Notes under the pieces: generated by a model
What the model was told of the DNA's origin: nothing
What the model saw: the letters and a program-made list of their open reading frames with translations, nothing else
Databases searched by the model: none
In this document: piece by piece, positions 23,201 to 32,318 of the stretch
How positions within the stretch are numbered: position 1 is the stretch's first letter
How the letters are laid out: each line of letters opens with the position of its first letter
Position numbers and translations under genes: made by a program
Origin: Candidatus Dadabacteria bacterium
Lineage (GTDB): Bacteria > Desulfobacterota_D > UBA1144 > Nemesobacterales > Nemesobacteraceae
NCBI GenBank assembly: GCA_951812945.1
Contig: CATOTB010000002.1
Coordinates: 27,238 to 91,237, forward strand
Length of the DNA: 64,000 bases
Direction of reading: 5' to 3'

Positions 23201-24045
23201 GGATTCGCCTGTACCCCGGCAGACTGAAGGCCGTAAAAGATATCAGTTTCATAGAGAGAGGCGAGAATCTTGCCGCCGAGTTCTCACTCGAGGAACAGAG
23301 CCAGAGCGGTTTTTACAGAGAGAAGACTTCCCTGGATATTTCAGTCGACATCTCTTCAGGTACATGGATAAAAACCAAGGAAGCCAACTTTAACACAAGC
23401 GGAAAACTGATACTTAAGAAAAAACCGGGAGCGGATCTTAATCTTCAGGGAAACATAGTGTCATCCGAGGGGTACTACGCGGTCTTCGGAAAGCTTTTCG
23501 ACATAGAGGACGCCACGCTTAACTTCACGGGGGCATCAGACAATCCCGCTCTTAACGTCAAGGCATTTTACGACGCCGGTGATGTTGACGTGCATGTAAC
23601 CGTTACGGGAGATCTAAGGGAGCCTGACCTTTCCCTCTCAAGCAACCCGGATCTTGAAGAAGTCGACATAATATCCTATATAGTTTTCGGAGCTTCGAGC
23701 AACAGGCTTCAGAACCGCCAGAGGGCCTTTGTGGGAAAATTCGCGACGGCGATTGCCGCCGGCGGAATTTCGGAGCTTTTAAGTTCAGAGATCGGACTTG
23801 ACCTTCTGAGCATTCAGGAAGGGGAACGAGGGTTTGAGGACAGCACCCTCAAGGTCGGTTCCTACGTGACAAAGGATATTTTCGTCGGTTACGAGAGATC
23901 GCCCTCTACCACCCCCCTTGACCAGACGGTGCAGATGCGCAACAAGCTCAATCTTGAATGGAGACTAAACAGAAGATTCTCGGTAGAAAGTCAGATGGGG
24001 GGGGAGAATCCCGGAGTCGACTTTTTCTACAATTTTAATTTCTAA
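20230..24045 (+). CDS. tamB: Translocation and assembly module protein TamB (AsmA-like/DUF490)
   Basis: 1271 aa with an N-terminal TM anchor, long repetitive beta-rich sequence and a typical C-terminal DUF490-like end (...VGYERS...LNLEWRL...FYNFNF). Confidence 0.8.
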   Translation: MRRRTIFFILAAVVSALIVGLLLFSKTEQSRQYAKNLIEQRLNSIPNFHISLGEIRGSIISTMEIDDIEVKIAGKSFIEIEKLSTNYSIPLLYSIISRKKLYLSNTEVHGLKLLLEKDRSGVWNFKKLKNEDKTAERPQEKRISLIFANNRVRNSRVSITDHTRDKVWEFDLVEESLFSINIVELTKKLELDAKDVNFDYVSPRIRIRNLKGEIEIASWNCVFKDAGFKVEGVPIRGDGTARNLRNPEFDMTVYLDALGINGKGELNLQAKTKVKMHSVDNLVGTVEVSTPDSFLNGQRLWTDLKPLRINGTKALIEGKVGGGFGESRLKGNVDLRKWLAKKEKNWFDFAVELKDADTDELTEILNRTPYPLKFGDNSKLSSNLRISGNWASREIYSLRIEPDYLDVIDSEQQNLRMAGHLTLRNDGVDFDLNSEAKGFKLKFEFPDATIDNYVSGSASFRGAAPKNAKFFEDVDLRVNADLKTDGFYGITNISSRIDAAIEKGTLTIDRLNVVSDQFSLSAEKTEEIQKGLDCAFEFATQDLGFLSEIDERVPMLLGKTSSNGRISGSVFTPHIKATSHVENFAYKKDFIAQHMSVRSSTRIDFKNTPKVSLDINLNGQQARVLGNSSDTIEAKLRGTEAHIEMGVLLSKKNGAFASSEFSVNSPLDREKKLRMTYLEGLLGEKRFRSKGDILLDISPDRTRIEGDEFLYGDGKLADFLGEIDRKKKTVELRGEMTDFDPLIISKVLNFKHDLEGTYNGKVKVSGPFAAPSVQAQVRSDGFFYKIPDVAEMEIALQGKNGRLSLDFVSLTDEGNRLSLRGDILVSKKAQSPLEAITGASVDLELMSEGYGLGFMKIFSNSIERIEGDFSSAGLSLGGTLAKPRIKGDLEVNEVKLSLTQLRNSLFTEHAELSFNGSKMTLPRMEFRSRVGRAYLQGKMDLSDFTYRADLEMEKIRFNPHSIKTDLSGDLRIEKRDEFLSVKGKAKVTAGRIRLYPGRLKAVKDISFIERGENLAAEFSLEEQSQSGFYREKTSLDISVDISSGTWIKTKEANFNTSGKLILKKKPGADLNLQGNIVSSEGYYAVFGKLFDIEDATLNFTGASDNPALNVKAFYDAGDVDVHVTVTGDLREPDLSLSSNPDLEEVDIISYIVFGASSNRLQNRQRAFVGKFATAIAAGGISELLSSEIGLDLLSIQEGERGFEDSTLKVGSYVTKDIFVGYERSPSTTPLDQTVQMRNKLNLEWRLNRRFSVESQMGGENPGVDFFYNFNF

Positions 24046-24096
24046 AACGCAGAACTTCGGGGAAACTCATCCCGGGACCAGTAGCGGAGAAACGCA

Positions 24097-25440
24097 ATGA
24101 ACGTACAAAAACCGATCGTAGCCATAGTCGGAAGACCGAATGTCGGCAAGTCCACCCTCTTTAACAGAATAATAGGGTGGAACAAAACGATAGTAGAGGA
24201 TATCCCGGGCGTCACGAGAGACAGGGTTTATGAAGACACCCGGTGGAAGGAAAAGGATTTTACTCTTGTAGACACCGGTGGTCTTTCCCTCGGCGAGGAC
24301 GACCAGGACTACTCGCTCATAAAAGAGCAGATAGACGTCGCTATTTCGGAAGCGGACCTGGTGGTGATGCTTTTTGACGGCAGAGACGGGGCCTTGCCTC
24401 AGGATTCGGAAATAGTGCGGTATCTTCGAAAGACCGAGAAAAAAGTCATCTACGCGGTAAACAAGATCGATCATGGAAACATAAAACAGGTGCTAAAGAC
24501 CTACGAATTCTACGGGACGGGAACGGATGGCTTCATGGCGATTTCCGCGCTTCACAACAAGAATATCTACGAACTGGTGGAGCAGATAGCTTCCTGCATA
24601 GGAACTTACGGACAGCCGGAGGAATCGGAAGAGTCCGGGGAAACGAGAATCGCCGTTATCGGCAAACCCAACGTGGGAAAATCCACCCTGGTGAACAGGA
24701 TACTCGGAGAACACAGACTCATAACAAGCTCCACTCCCGGCACGACCCGTGACTCCGTGGACTCCGTCTATGAAAAAGACGGGAAAAAATATGTCTTTAT
24801 CGATACCGCGGGGATAAGAAGGAAGTCAAGAATAGACGCTCCCGTTGAAAAACACAGCGTCTTTCGGGCCATAAGGTCTATCGAAAGAGCCCATATAGTG
24901 CTGCTGATGGTAGACGGACAGGAGGGTCCCACGCATCACGACTCACGCCTTGCGGAGCTTGTAAAAGGCAGGAACAGGGCTCTTATAATACTGCTTAACA
25001 AGTGGGATCTCGCCCCCGAAGACATAGCGGACCCCAAAGAGGTTGAAGAGATAATAAAGGAAAAACTGATCGGGGTGAATTACGCTCCCGTGCTCACAAT
25101 CTCCGCGCTTACGGGCAAGAAGGTCGGGAAAATATTTGACGCTGTTGAGCGGGTGGGGGAAAACTTCAGAAAAAAGATATCCACGGGAAAGCTCAACAGG
25201 TTTCTTGAGGATCTGACGAAACGCCACCCTCCCCCCGTATACAGGAGAAAGGAAATCAAGCTTTTCTATATCTCGCAGCCCTTCACCGCACCACCGACAT
25301 TCACAATCTTCACGAACTCGGCAAAGGGCATCCCGGAGAACTACAGAAGGTTTCTTGAGAACCAGTTAAGGCAGTACTCAGACTTCGAGGGAGTCCCCCT
25401 GAAACTCCTGTTTCGGGACAGAGAAGGAAAGGAAGTCTAG
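24097..25440 (+). CDS. der: Ribosome-associated GTPase Der/EngA
   Basis: Two tandem G domains (GRPNVGKST, GKPNVGKST; NKID, NKWD) plus a KH-like C-terminus. Confidence 0.95.
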   Translation: MNVQKPIVAIVGRPNVGKSTLFNRIIGWNKTIVEDIPGVTRDRVYEDTRWKEKDFTLVDTGGLSLGEDDQDYSLIKEQIDVAISEADLVVMLFDGRDGALPQDSEIVRYLRKTEKKVIYAVNKIDHGNIKQVLKTYEFYGTGTDGFMAISALHNKNIYELVEQIASCIGTYGQPEESEESGETRIAVIGKPNVGKSTLVNRILGEHRLITSSTPGTTRDSVDSVYEKDGKKYVFIDTAGIRRKSRIDAPVEKHSVFRAIRSIERAHIVLLMVDGQEGPTHHDSRLAELVKGRNRALIILLNKWDLAPEDIADPKEVEEIIKEKLIGVNYAPVLTISALTGKKVGKIFDAVERVGENFRKKISTGKLNRFLEDLTKRHPPPVYRRKEIKLFYISQPFTAPPTFTIFTNSAKGIPENYRRFLENQLRQYSDFEGVPLKLLFRDREGKEV

Positions 25441-25441
25441 A

Positions 25442-26650
25442 TCACCTGACCTCGAGTATTATTTTCTGTATGTCCGCGGTACGCTCGGCCGCAGAACACA
25501 TCTCCATCACTCTGCGTCTCGCGTTTTGGCCCATCTTGTTCCGGGCCTCGGCGTCCCGTGTGAGAATCGATATGCTCTCCCCGATCTTCTCAAAATCCCC
25601 GGAGTCGCAGAGAAAACCGGTTTCCCCGTCCTCAATGGCCTCCGCTATGCCGCCTATTGAGAAACCGACGACGGGCAGGCTGAACGCCATAGCCTCTATT
25701 ACTGACCTTGGGAAAGGATCCGGATAATTGGACGGAATCACGAAAAGATCGAAATCCTTAAGATACGGCCTCACGTCCTCTCTGTATCCGGTAAAGATAA
25801 AGCTGTCCCGCAATCCCAGGCTGTCCGCGTGGTCCTCAAGTTCCCGCAGATGGTTTTTCGGAAAAAACCACGGGGTGTCTCCGACTATAACGAACTTTGT
25901 TTTCTCGTTGATATTGCCGTCTGAAGCAAGCCGGCTTACGGTGTCTATAAACTCCATGTAGCCCTTTCTCGGAACAACTCTTCCTGTGTTTCCGACAAGC
26001 ACGGTATCAGCGGGTATGGAGAACTCCTCCCTAAGAGAACCCCGTACGGAATCCCTGTCGAAATCCGAGGGGTCAATCCCGTTATAGACGACGTGAATCT
26101 TGCTCTTTGCTCTTCGAAACGGCTCGGCCGTGGCTCGGGAAACGCATACTATCTTTTTCACGCACTGAAACCCCGAGAGCGTTTCCATAAGAAACTTCAT
26201 AAACCAGGTCTGCTGTATGTTCCTTACGTGCCAGATAACGGGTTTTTTGTTTTTTCTTCCGATCAGAGTGCCCACAATTTTGGCGAGGGTTCCGTTGCAG
26301 TAGATAATGTCGATTCCGTTCTCCCTGACTATCTTCGGGGAACCGCAGAGCAGACGGAGCATGTTCACTATGTTTGCGATTATGGAGAAAACTCTCAGAA
26401 GACCTGGGGCCCGTTTGGTATCCGCTACCATTGCTGATTTCTGTATGTTCTCGGGAAACCTGGGGTCGACTATGACGTTTTCAAAAATGCCCTCGGATTT
26501 CAGGCTCTCAGAGAATATGTCGTGTTTCGGAACAAGAACAAATGGGTTTACCTTCCCCCGGTCGATATACTTCAGTATGTAGAGTAGACTTCTTCCCGGT
26601 CCTCCGTCCCTTACCGAGTGGTTGATAAAAAGCACATTTGTTTTTTTCAT
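25442..26650 (-). CDS. Glycosyltransferase family 4 (GT-B fold)
   Basis: 402 aa with a C-terminal Glycos_transf_1 pattern (PSNYPDPFPRSVIEAMAFSLPVV...GETGFL). Confidence 0.8.
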   Translation of the reverse strand: MKKTNVLFINHSVRDGGPGRSLLYILKYIDRGKVNPFVLVPKHDIFSESLKSEGIFENVIVDPRFPENIQKSAMVADTKRAPGLLRVFSIIANIVNMLRLLCGSPKIVRENGIDIIYCNGTLAKIVGTLIGRKNKKPVIWHVRNIQQTWFMKFLMETLSGFQCVKKIVCVSRATAEPFRRAKSKIHVVYNGIDPSDFDRDSVRGSLREEFSIPADTVLVGNTGRVVPRKGYMEFIDTVSRLASDGNINEKTKFVIVGDTPWFFPKNHLRELEDHADSLGLRDSFIFTGYREDVRPYLKDFDLFVIPSNYPDPFPRSVIEAMAFSLPVVGFSIGGIAEAIEDGETGFLCDSGDFEKIGESISILTRDAEARNKMGQNARRRVMEMCSAAERTADIQKIILEVR

Positions 26651-26764
26651 ATCGGCGGATATTGAGGTAGAATGCCCGGAACGTTAGAGCGGAACGGAAA
26701 AATAAACTAATACAAATTTCATGTTATCATTTACCGTAAGCAAACTAAAAATCAGAGGATCGTA

Positions 26765-27457
26765 ATGCATACCGAAACCCGCGCAAGCGCGGTGAAAATC
26801 TACCTGTTTTTCCTTTTTATTTCCTTATTCGCAGTTTCAGGATGTGGCCTGGATATCGATTTTGGGGGCGGAACCGGGAATGACGATGATGTGGAAGAAA
26901 ATGAGGTAATTATGGGATTCATCAAGGAAATTCCAGATATAGACAGAAATTCAAACCTTATTGTGAGAGCAAGTGTAGTAAAGGACGAAACAGTAGCTTG
27001 CTGCGAGGATACAACCTCTATAGGGAACGATTTTTACATAGAGGGTAATCTCGATCCAAAAGCTGAGCTTGAAATTCTTGAGAGCGGGAATGAAAATCCT
27101 CCACTAGGCACGATAACGGTTCCCGTTTTCCCCGGGGCGACGGTCGACATTCAAGATATCTCCATCGAGAATGGAGTCACAAACTATGGTTACATTAACG
27201 TAGATTTTGAGGGGCAGGTAGACTCGAAAAACTGTTTTAGTGAGACCTCAAAGACCGGAAGCATAAAGGTAACAATATCATCTGAGGGCAGCGAAACAGA
27301 AGTAGCAGTCAATCTAACATCAGGAACAAATATAGAAAGAGACGACGAACGAAATCTTCCGTGTGAAGAAATAGTCGAGGGACGCAAGATCAGGGTACAT
27401 AAGGGGGAACTGCTCATAGGTAACACCGTGGATGCGGAGGAAATTGAAATACTATGA
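26765..27457 (+). CDS. Hypothetical lipoprotein
   Basis: Signal peptide with lipobox FAVSGC. Acidic mature part. No recognisable family. Confidence 0.55.
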   Translation: MHTETRASAVKIYLFFLFISLFAVSGCGLDIDFGGGTGNDDDVEENEVIMGFIKEIPDIDRNSNLIVRASVVKDETVACCEDTTSIGNDFYIEGNLDPKAELEILESGNENPPLGTITVPVFPGATVDIQDISIENGVTNYGYINVDFEGQVDSKNCFSETSKTGSIKVTISSEGSETEVAVNLTSGTNIERDDERNLPCEEIVEGRKIRVHKGELLIGNTVDAEEIEIL

Positions 27458-27487
27458 GCTAGGCCTTTCTCCGTTCATTGCCGCAAA

Positions 27488-28588
27488 CTATCTCCCTTCC
27501 AAAGTCATCCGTGCTCTTTCTCTTCCTTTCTCAGTAAGAAAAAGCCCTCCGCCCGTAACGGCTATTTCCCCCTTCCCTTTTAGAAACCCGACCACCTTGG
27601 AGGCAAAATCGGCTGACCGGAACATGCCCCTGCTGTCGGGATGATTTTTTACCGCTTCCCCTTTTTCCTGATTGTAGAGACTCACGAGAAGCGAGGCCTC
27701 GGCAAAATCCATTCTCTGTCTCCTTTTTTCTCTCATTATGCCGAAAAGTCCCCTTTCTGGAGCAAGGAGAAAAACCACAAGGAAAAACACACCGCACACA
27801 AAGGCCATTGAGCCCGCTATGTTTACGTCAAGCCAGTTGGCGACCCAGAATCCGGAGATGGCAGCCGAAATGCCGAAAACCACGCTCAGGAAAATCATCC
27901 TGGAAAGCGAATCCGTAAGAAGATAGGCGCAGCAAGGCGGAATCACTATGAGAGCTATAACCAGTATCGAGCCCACGGCGTCAAACGCTCCCACGCAGGT
28001 AAACGACACGACCGCCATAAGCAGATAGTGAATCAGGCGGGGACGAAAGCCTATTGACGACGCGAAGCTCTCGTCAAAAGTCGACACCTTGAGTTCCTTG
28101 TAGAAAAAGGAGATAAAAAACAGGTTCAAAAGAAGAATTGAACCCATCACGTAGGCCGATTTGGGTCCCATGTCCATCCCCGAGAGAATGAACCGGTCAA
28201 AAGGAGCAAACGCTATCTCCCCAAGAAGCACGGAGTGGGTGTCGATATGCACGTTTCGCGCGTATTTGGAAAGCAGTATGACTGCCACGCTGAAAAGAAA
28301 CGGGAAGACGATCCCTATGGATGCGTCCTTTTTCACCAGCCTTGAGCGGTTGACCGCCTCTATCAGCGAAATCGCAAGCACCCCGCTTGCGGCGGCCCCT
28401 ATTATGAGAATCGGCGACGACAGGTCCTTTACGATGAAGAAAGCAAGTATTATTCCGAGCAGAATGGAATGGCTGATCGCATCGGTCATCATGGACATTC
28501 TTCTAAGAACAAGAAACGCCCCGGGTATGGAGCAGGAAGCCGCCACTATAATGGCTACCAGCTGTATATCGAACTGATGCGGGCTCAT
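27488..28588 (-). CDS. ABC-3 family metal (Mn/Zn/Fe) transporter permease with a ~85-aa C-terminal wHTH-like extension
   Basis: Multi-TM ABC-3 pattern and operon context. The tail ...LLVSLYNQEKGEAV...KVVGFLKGKGEIAVTGGGLFLTEKG resembles a winged-helix domain. Confidence 0.8.
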   Translation of the reverse strand: MSPHQFDIQLVAIIVAASCSIPGAFLVLRRMSMMTDAISHSILLGIILAFFIVKDLSSPILIIGAAASGVLAISLIEAVNRSRLVKKDASIGIVFPFLFSVAVILLSKYARNVHIDTHSVLLGEIAFAPFDRFILSGMDMGPKSAYVMGSILLLNLFFISFFYKELKVSTFDESFASSIGFRPRLIHYLLMAVVSFTCVGAFDAVGSILVIALIVIPPCCAYLLTDSLSRMIFLSVVFGISAAISGFWVANWLDVNIAGSMAFVCGVFFLVVFLLAPERGLFGIMREKRRQRMDFAEASLLVSLYNQEKGEAVKNHPDSRGMFRSADFASKVVGFLKGKGEIAVTGGGLFLTEKGRERARMTLEGR

Positions 28589-29712
28589 CTGCCCTTCTCC
28601 AACGGGGAAAGTTTCTTGACCTCGTGAATACCGCTTTGGGTAAGACGCCAGTTGTCTTCCCCCACGCTTTCCACGTATCCAGCCGTCTGAAGTGCCCAGA
28701 GACTTTTTTTAACGTTAAACCCCTTCTCGCTTCCAAGCGCAAGCAACCTCTCAGAGTGCGCGTAGCCGGGATCGTCATGCTCAAGTGCAAGATCGTGCAG
28801 GACTTTCAGAACGTAATCCTTTTTTATTTCCCTCCTGCTCCGCGCGTCTTTGAATTTAAGGGTGAAAAATCCGTTCGGGGAGAAAAGAACGGAAAAAAAA
28901 GCGATGACGCTAACGCAGACTATAACAGCGGGTCCAGTCGGTATGTTCTCGAATCCGGCACTCAGCGCAACGCCCGTAACGCCGGAGACGGCCGCTATAA
29001 GGGCCGCCAGAATCACCATCGAGCCCATGCTGCCGGTCCACTGCCTGGCCGCGACTGCGGGGGCGATCAGCATCGAACTCATGAGCACTACCCCTACGGT
29101 CTGAAGCCCGATCACTATTGCCGAAACTATTACGGCCGTAACGAGCATGTCGAGAGACTTCATGGAAAAACCCATGGTCCCGCCGAAATCCGGGTCAAAG
29201 CAGAGAAGCTTGAACTCCTTCCAGAAAAGCCCCACTACCAGAAGGGCGAAAAGGCCCGTAAGACCTATAATCAGAACGTCTTTTTCGACAAGCGCCTCGG
29301 CTTGGCCGAAAAGAAACTTATCAAGCCCCGCCTGGTTGGCATCGGGCATTCTCTGCACGTAGGTTAAAAGAACAAGCCCTAGCCCGAAAAAAACCGAAAG
29401 AGCCATTCCCATAGCGCTGTCAATCTTTATCCTTGAGTTCTGCGTTACGAGATTGATCACAAAAACCGCCAGGACGGCAGAGAGAGCGGCCCCGATAAAA
29501 ATCGGGAGCTGTTCCTTGACTCCCACTATCATGAAGGCAAGCACTATGCCGGGAAGCGCCGCGTGCGACATGACGTCGCCCACGAGGCTTTGCTTTCTGA
29601 GCACCGCGTACGAACCCACCACGCCGCTTACGACTCCTAGGGAAGCCGCTCCAAGCAAAATGGTCCTGGCCGTATAGTCAGAGAAAAGCTCAACCGCAAA
29701 TTCAAGCATCAC
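28585..29712 (-). CDS. ABC-3 family metal transporter permease with a C-terminal wHTH-like extension
   Basis: Multi-TM ABC-3 pattern. Tail DYVLKVLHDLALEH...SLWALQTAGYVESVGEDNWRLTQSG. 4-nt overlaps with both neighbouring genes. Confidence 0.8.
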   Translation of the reverse strand: MMLEFAVELFSDYTARTILLGAASLGVVSGVVGSYAVLRKQSLVGDVMSHAALPGIVLAFMIVGVKEQLPIFIGAALSAVLAVFVINLVTQNSRIKIDSAMGMALSVFFGLGLVLLTYVQRMPDANQAGLDKFLFGQAEALVEKDVLIIGLTGLFALLVVGLFWKEFKLLCFDPDFGGTMGFSMKSLDMLVTAVIVSAIVIGLQTVGVVLMSSMLIAPAVAARQWTGSMGSMVILAALIAAVSGVTGVALSAGFENIPTGPAVIVCVSVIAFFSVLFSPNGFFTLKFKDARSRREIKKDYVLKVLHDLALEHDDPGYAHSERLLALGSEKGFNVKKSLWALQTAGYVESVGEDNWRLTQSGIHEVKKLSPLEKGR

Positions 29713-30488
29713 ACTGCCCTTCTGGCCGCTTTTCTCTCAGGGAAAAAGGAGGTCTTGCCCCCGTAAGCCTTCATGAGGTTTTCGGAATTGAAAACATCTT
29801 CCACCCTTCCCGATGCCACAAGCCCCACGTTAAGAATGGCAATCCGCTCGTAGTACTCGGAAACGGTGTTAAGGTCGTGATGAACCGCGAGCACCGTCTT
29901 CCCCCCGGCCACAAGCTCTTTCAGTATCGTGACTATCGCTTTTTCGGTCGTGGCGTCAACCCCCTGGAAGGGCTCATCAAGCAGATAGACCGAGGCGCTC
30001 TGAACGAGGGCCCTCGCGAGAAAGACCCTCTGCTGCTGGCCCCCCGAGAGCTGGCTTATCTGCCTCTGGGCGAACTCAAGCATATCAACCTTCTCAAGCG
30101 CGCCGAGTGCCTTTTCGTGTTCCTTTCTTCCGGGACGCCTTATCCATCCAAGGTCCCCGTAACTTCCCATTTTCACCGTATCCACAACGGATGTGGGAAA
30201 ATCCCAGTCCACAGAACCTCTCTGGGGAACGTAACTGACTTCCTTTCTCTGCTTTTCGTAAGGTTTGCCGTGAATGGAGATGACCCCCGCGACGCGGGGA
30301 AGAAGACCCTGTATGGATTTTATGAGCGTTGTCTTGCCGGCGCCGTTTGGCCCCACAACTGCAACCATCGAGCCCTTTGGAATTTCAAGATCTATATCCC
30401 AAAGAACGGTCTTGTCGCCGTAAGCAACCGTGAGGTCCGTCACACGGATCGCCGGAGCGACCGGATTTTCCCCTCTTCCGCTCATCAC
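29709..30488 (-). CDS. Metal ABC transporter ATP-binding protein
   Basis: Walker A GPNGAGKTT, signature LSGGQQQR and Walker B LLDEP. Confidence 0.9.
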   Translation of the reverse strand: MMSGRGENPVAPAIRVTDLTVAYGDKTVLWDIDLEIPKGSMVAVVGPNGAGKTTLIKSIQGLLPRVAGVISIHGKPYEKQRKEVSYVPQRGSVDWDFPTSVVDTVKMGSYGDLGWIRRPGRKEHEKALGALEKVDMLEFAQRQISQLSGGQQQRVFLARALVQSASVYLLDEPFQGVDATTEKAIVTILKELVAGGKTVLAVHHDLNTVSEYYERIAILNVGLVASGRVEDVFNSENLMKAYGGKTSFFPERKAARRAV

Positions 30489-31498
30489 CCATCTCCGGCG
30501 GCCTTGGCTTCGGAGTCGGCAACTTCGATACTGCGGCTGAGTGACTCAACTATCGTATCCACATTGCTCTTGAACATCCCTATGTAACTGCCTTCTTCCG
30601 TTTCCGAGCTGCCCATTGAATCGGAGTAAAGGCTGCCGCCTATACGAACATCAAAACCTCTTGCCTTTACAGAGGCTCTGAGGGCGCGCATGTATCTTGG
30701 AGAAATCGAAGTTTCAACGAAAACAGCCGGGATCTTCCGCTCGGTGATTGTCTTTGAGAGATTCTTTATGTCTGCAACGCTGGCCTCAGAATCGGTGCTT
30801 ATCCCCTGGAGCCCCATAACTTCAAACCCGTAGCCCTTTCCGAAATAATTAAACGCGTCGTGAGCCGTTATAAGCACCCTTCTTTCGGGTCGCAGCATGG
30901 CGATTTTCTTCTGTATGTAAGCCTGCAGGAGGTCAAGTTCTTTGAGGTAGGATTCAGTATTGCTCCTGTAGACGGGGGCGTTTTCCGGATCGTAGAGCGA
31001 GAACGCCTCCATTACCACTTTAGCCGCCTTTTTCCACAGAGCCACGTCAAACCAGATATGCGGGTCGTAATATCCTTCATACTCCTCAGGAGAAACAAGC
31101 AGGGACTTGTCGATTCCCTCCGCGACACCCACGGTGAATACTCCGCTTTTTCTCATCTGCCCCAGAACATCCGTAATCTTGCCCTCAAGATGAAGGCCGT
31201 TATAGAAAATCATGTCGGCACGGGCAAGCTTCTCCACGTCCCCGGCGCTTGCCTTGTAGAGATGGGGGTCAACTCCCGTCCCCATAAGGGAAGTTACTTC
31301 TACGGCTTCCCCGGCGATGTTCTTGACGAGATCTCCGACCATCCCCGTGGTCGTAACCACATTTATAGTGCCTTCTCTTTTTACGCTTCCGCTGCTCTCG
31401 GCGCAGGCCGCGCAGAAGACCAGCAGCGCAGACAGCAGCAAAAACCGCATACCCGTTATGATTCCCATTTTTTCTCTCTCAGTTTCTCGCTTTCTCAA
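30485..31498 (-). CDS. Metal ABC transporter substrate-binding lipoprotein (TroA/ZnuA/PsaA cluster A-I)
   Basis: Signal peptide with lipobox (VFCAAC). Typical TroA-family pattern (DPHLY..., DPHIWFD, ITAHDAFNYF). The true start may be MGIITG (31468) or MRFLLL (31450). Confidence 0.85.
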   Translation of the reverse strand: MRKRETEREKMGIITGMRFLLLSALLVFCAACAESSGSVKREGTINVVTTTGMVGDLVKNIAGEAVEVTSLMGTGVDPHLYKASAGDVEKLARADMIFYNGLHLEGKITDVLGQMRKSGVFTVGVAEGIDKSLLVSPEEYEGYYDPHIWFDVALWKKAAKVVMEAFSLYDPENAPVYRSNTESYLKELDLLQAYIQKKIAMLRPERRVLITAHDAFNYFGKGYGFEVMGLQGISTDSEASVADIKNLSKTITERKIPAVFVETSISPRYMRALRASVKARGFDVRIGGSLYSDSMGSSETEEGSYIGMFKSNVDTIVESLSRSIEVADSEAKAAGDG

Positions 31499-32138
31499 CC
31501 ATTATGTACTTGGCCGCGTTTCGTCCTATGGGATGCTCCTTTCCGGTCAGTTCAACGATTATGGGACCCTTAAACGGCTGCTTCGAAACAACCGTCATCT
31601 CGGTTTCCGGGTAAAGACCTATCCCGCCCAGATAGCGAAGCAGTTCCGGGTCGTGATCGCTCACCTCAACCACTTTCACCAGAGTGTCCGGCTCCACGTC
31701 CACAAGAGCGTTGCACTGCCTTACAATCATGGTGCCGTCCCGCCGCGGAATCGGAGAACCGTGCGGGTCGGTAACCGGATAGCCAAGGAACTTGTCGATC
31801 CTGTCCTCAAGATCCTCTGAGAGCACATGCTCCCATTTTTCGGCTTCCTGGTGCACCTGGTCCCAGGGAACTCCGAGCGCCTCCTTGAGGTAAAGCTCAA
31901 CAAGCCTGTGGTGCCTGATTATTTCAAGGGCTATTTTCTTGCCCGCGGGGGTAAGTTTCACTCCCTGGTAGCGCTTGTGGGTTATGAGCTTTCTCTCAGA
32001 GAGCTTTTTCACCATGCTCGTCACCGAAGCCGGAGACACGCCCAGTTTTTCCGAAAGCGCGCTTGTTGAAACCTTCCCTTCGGAACTCTCAACCTCGTAA
32101 ATGGCTTTGAGGTAATCTTCTATTGACTGCGAAAGCAT
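31479..32138 (-). CDS. DtxR/MntR-family metal-dependent transcriptional repressor with a FeoA/SH3-like C-terminal domain
   Basis: MLSQSIEDYLKAIYE... wHTH followed by a dimerisation/metal-binding region. AGAGAGGA lies upstream of the ATG at 32138. The ORF-track TTG at 32159 is less likely. Confidence 0.85.
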   Translation of the reverse strand: MLSQSIEDYLKAIYEVESSEGKVSTSALSEKLGVSPASVTSMVKKLSERKLITHKRYQGVKLTPAGKKIALEIIRHHRLVELYLKEALGVPWDQVHQEAEKWEHVLSEDLEDRIDKFLGYPVTDPHGSPIPRRDGTMIVRQCNALVDVEPDTLVKVVEVSDHDPELLRYLGGIGLYPETEMTVVSKQPFKGPIIVELTGKEHPIGRNAAKYIMVEKARN

Positions 32139-32177
32139 TTTTTCCTCTCTAATCTCCAAAAAAAACCGCCTAAGATT

Positions 32178-32250
32178 CAGACAGGCAAAAAATTATTTTA
32201 GCCTTGTCTAAATTTCTTTTTAATTCTAGCAAAAACCGATGTGTTGTCAA
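32178..32250 (-). promoter_or_regulatory. Promoter (TTGACA-16-TAGAAT) and palindromic operator candidate of the mntR-metal ABC operon
   Basis: Minus strand: TTGACA (32245-32250), TAGAAT (32223-32228), then the inverted repeat AGACAAGGC-N14-GCCTGTCT (32178-32209) between the predicted TSS and the RBS. Confidence 0.5.
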
Positions 32251-32318
32251 GGGAAGATTCGGGGGAGGGATATCCAGCCGGGAGAGAATTCCCAGTTCCT
32301 TTGTTTCGCCTGCTCTAT

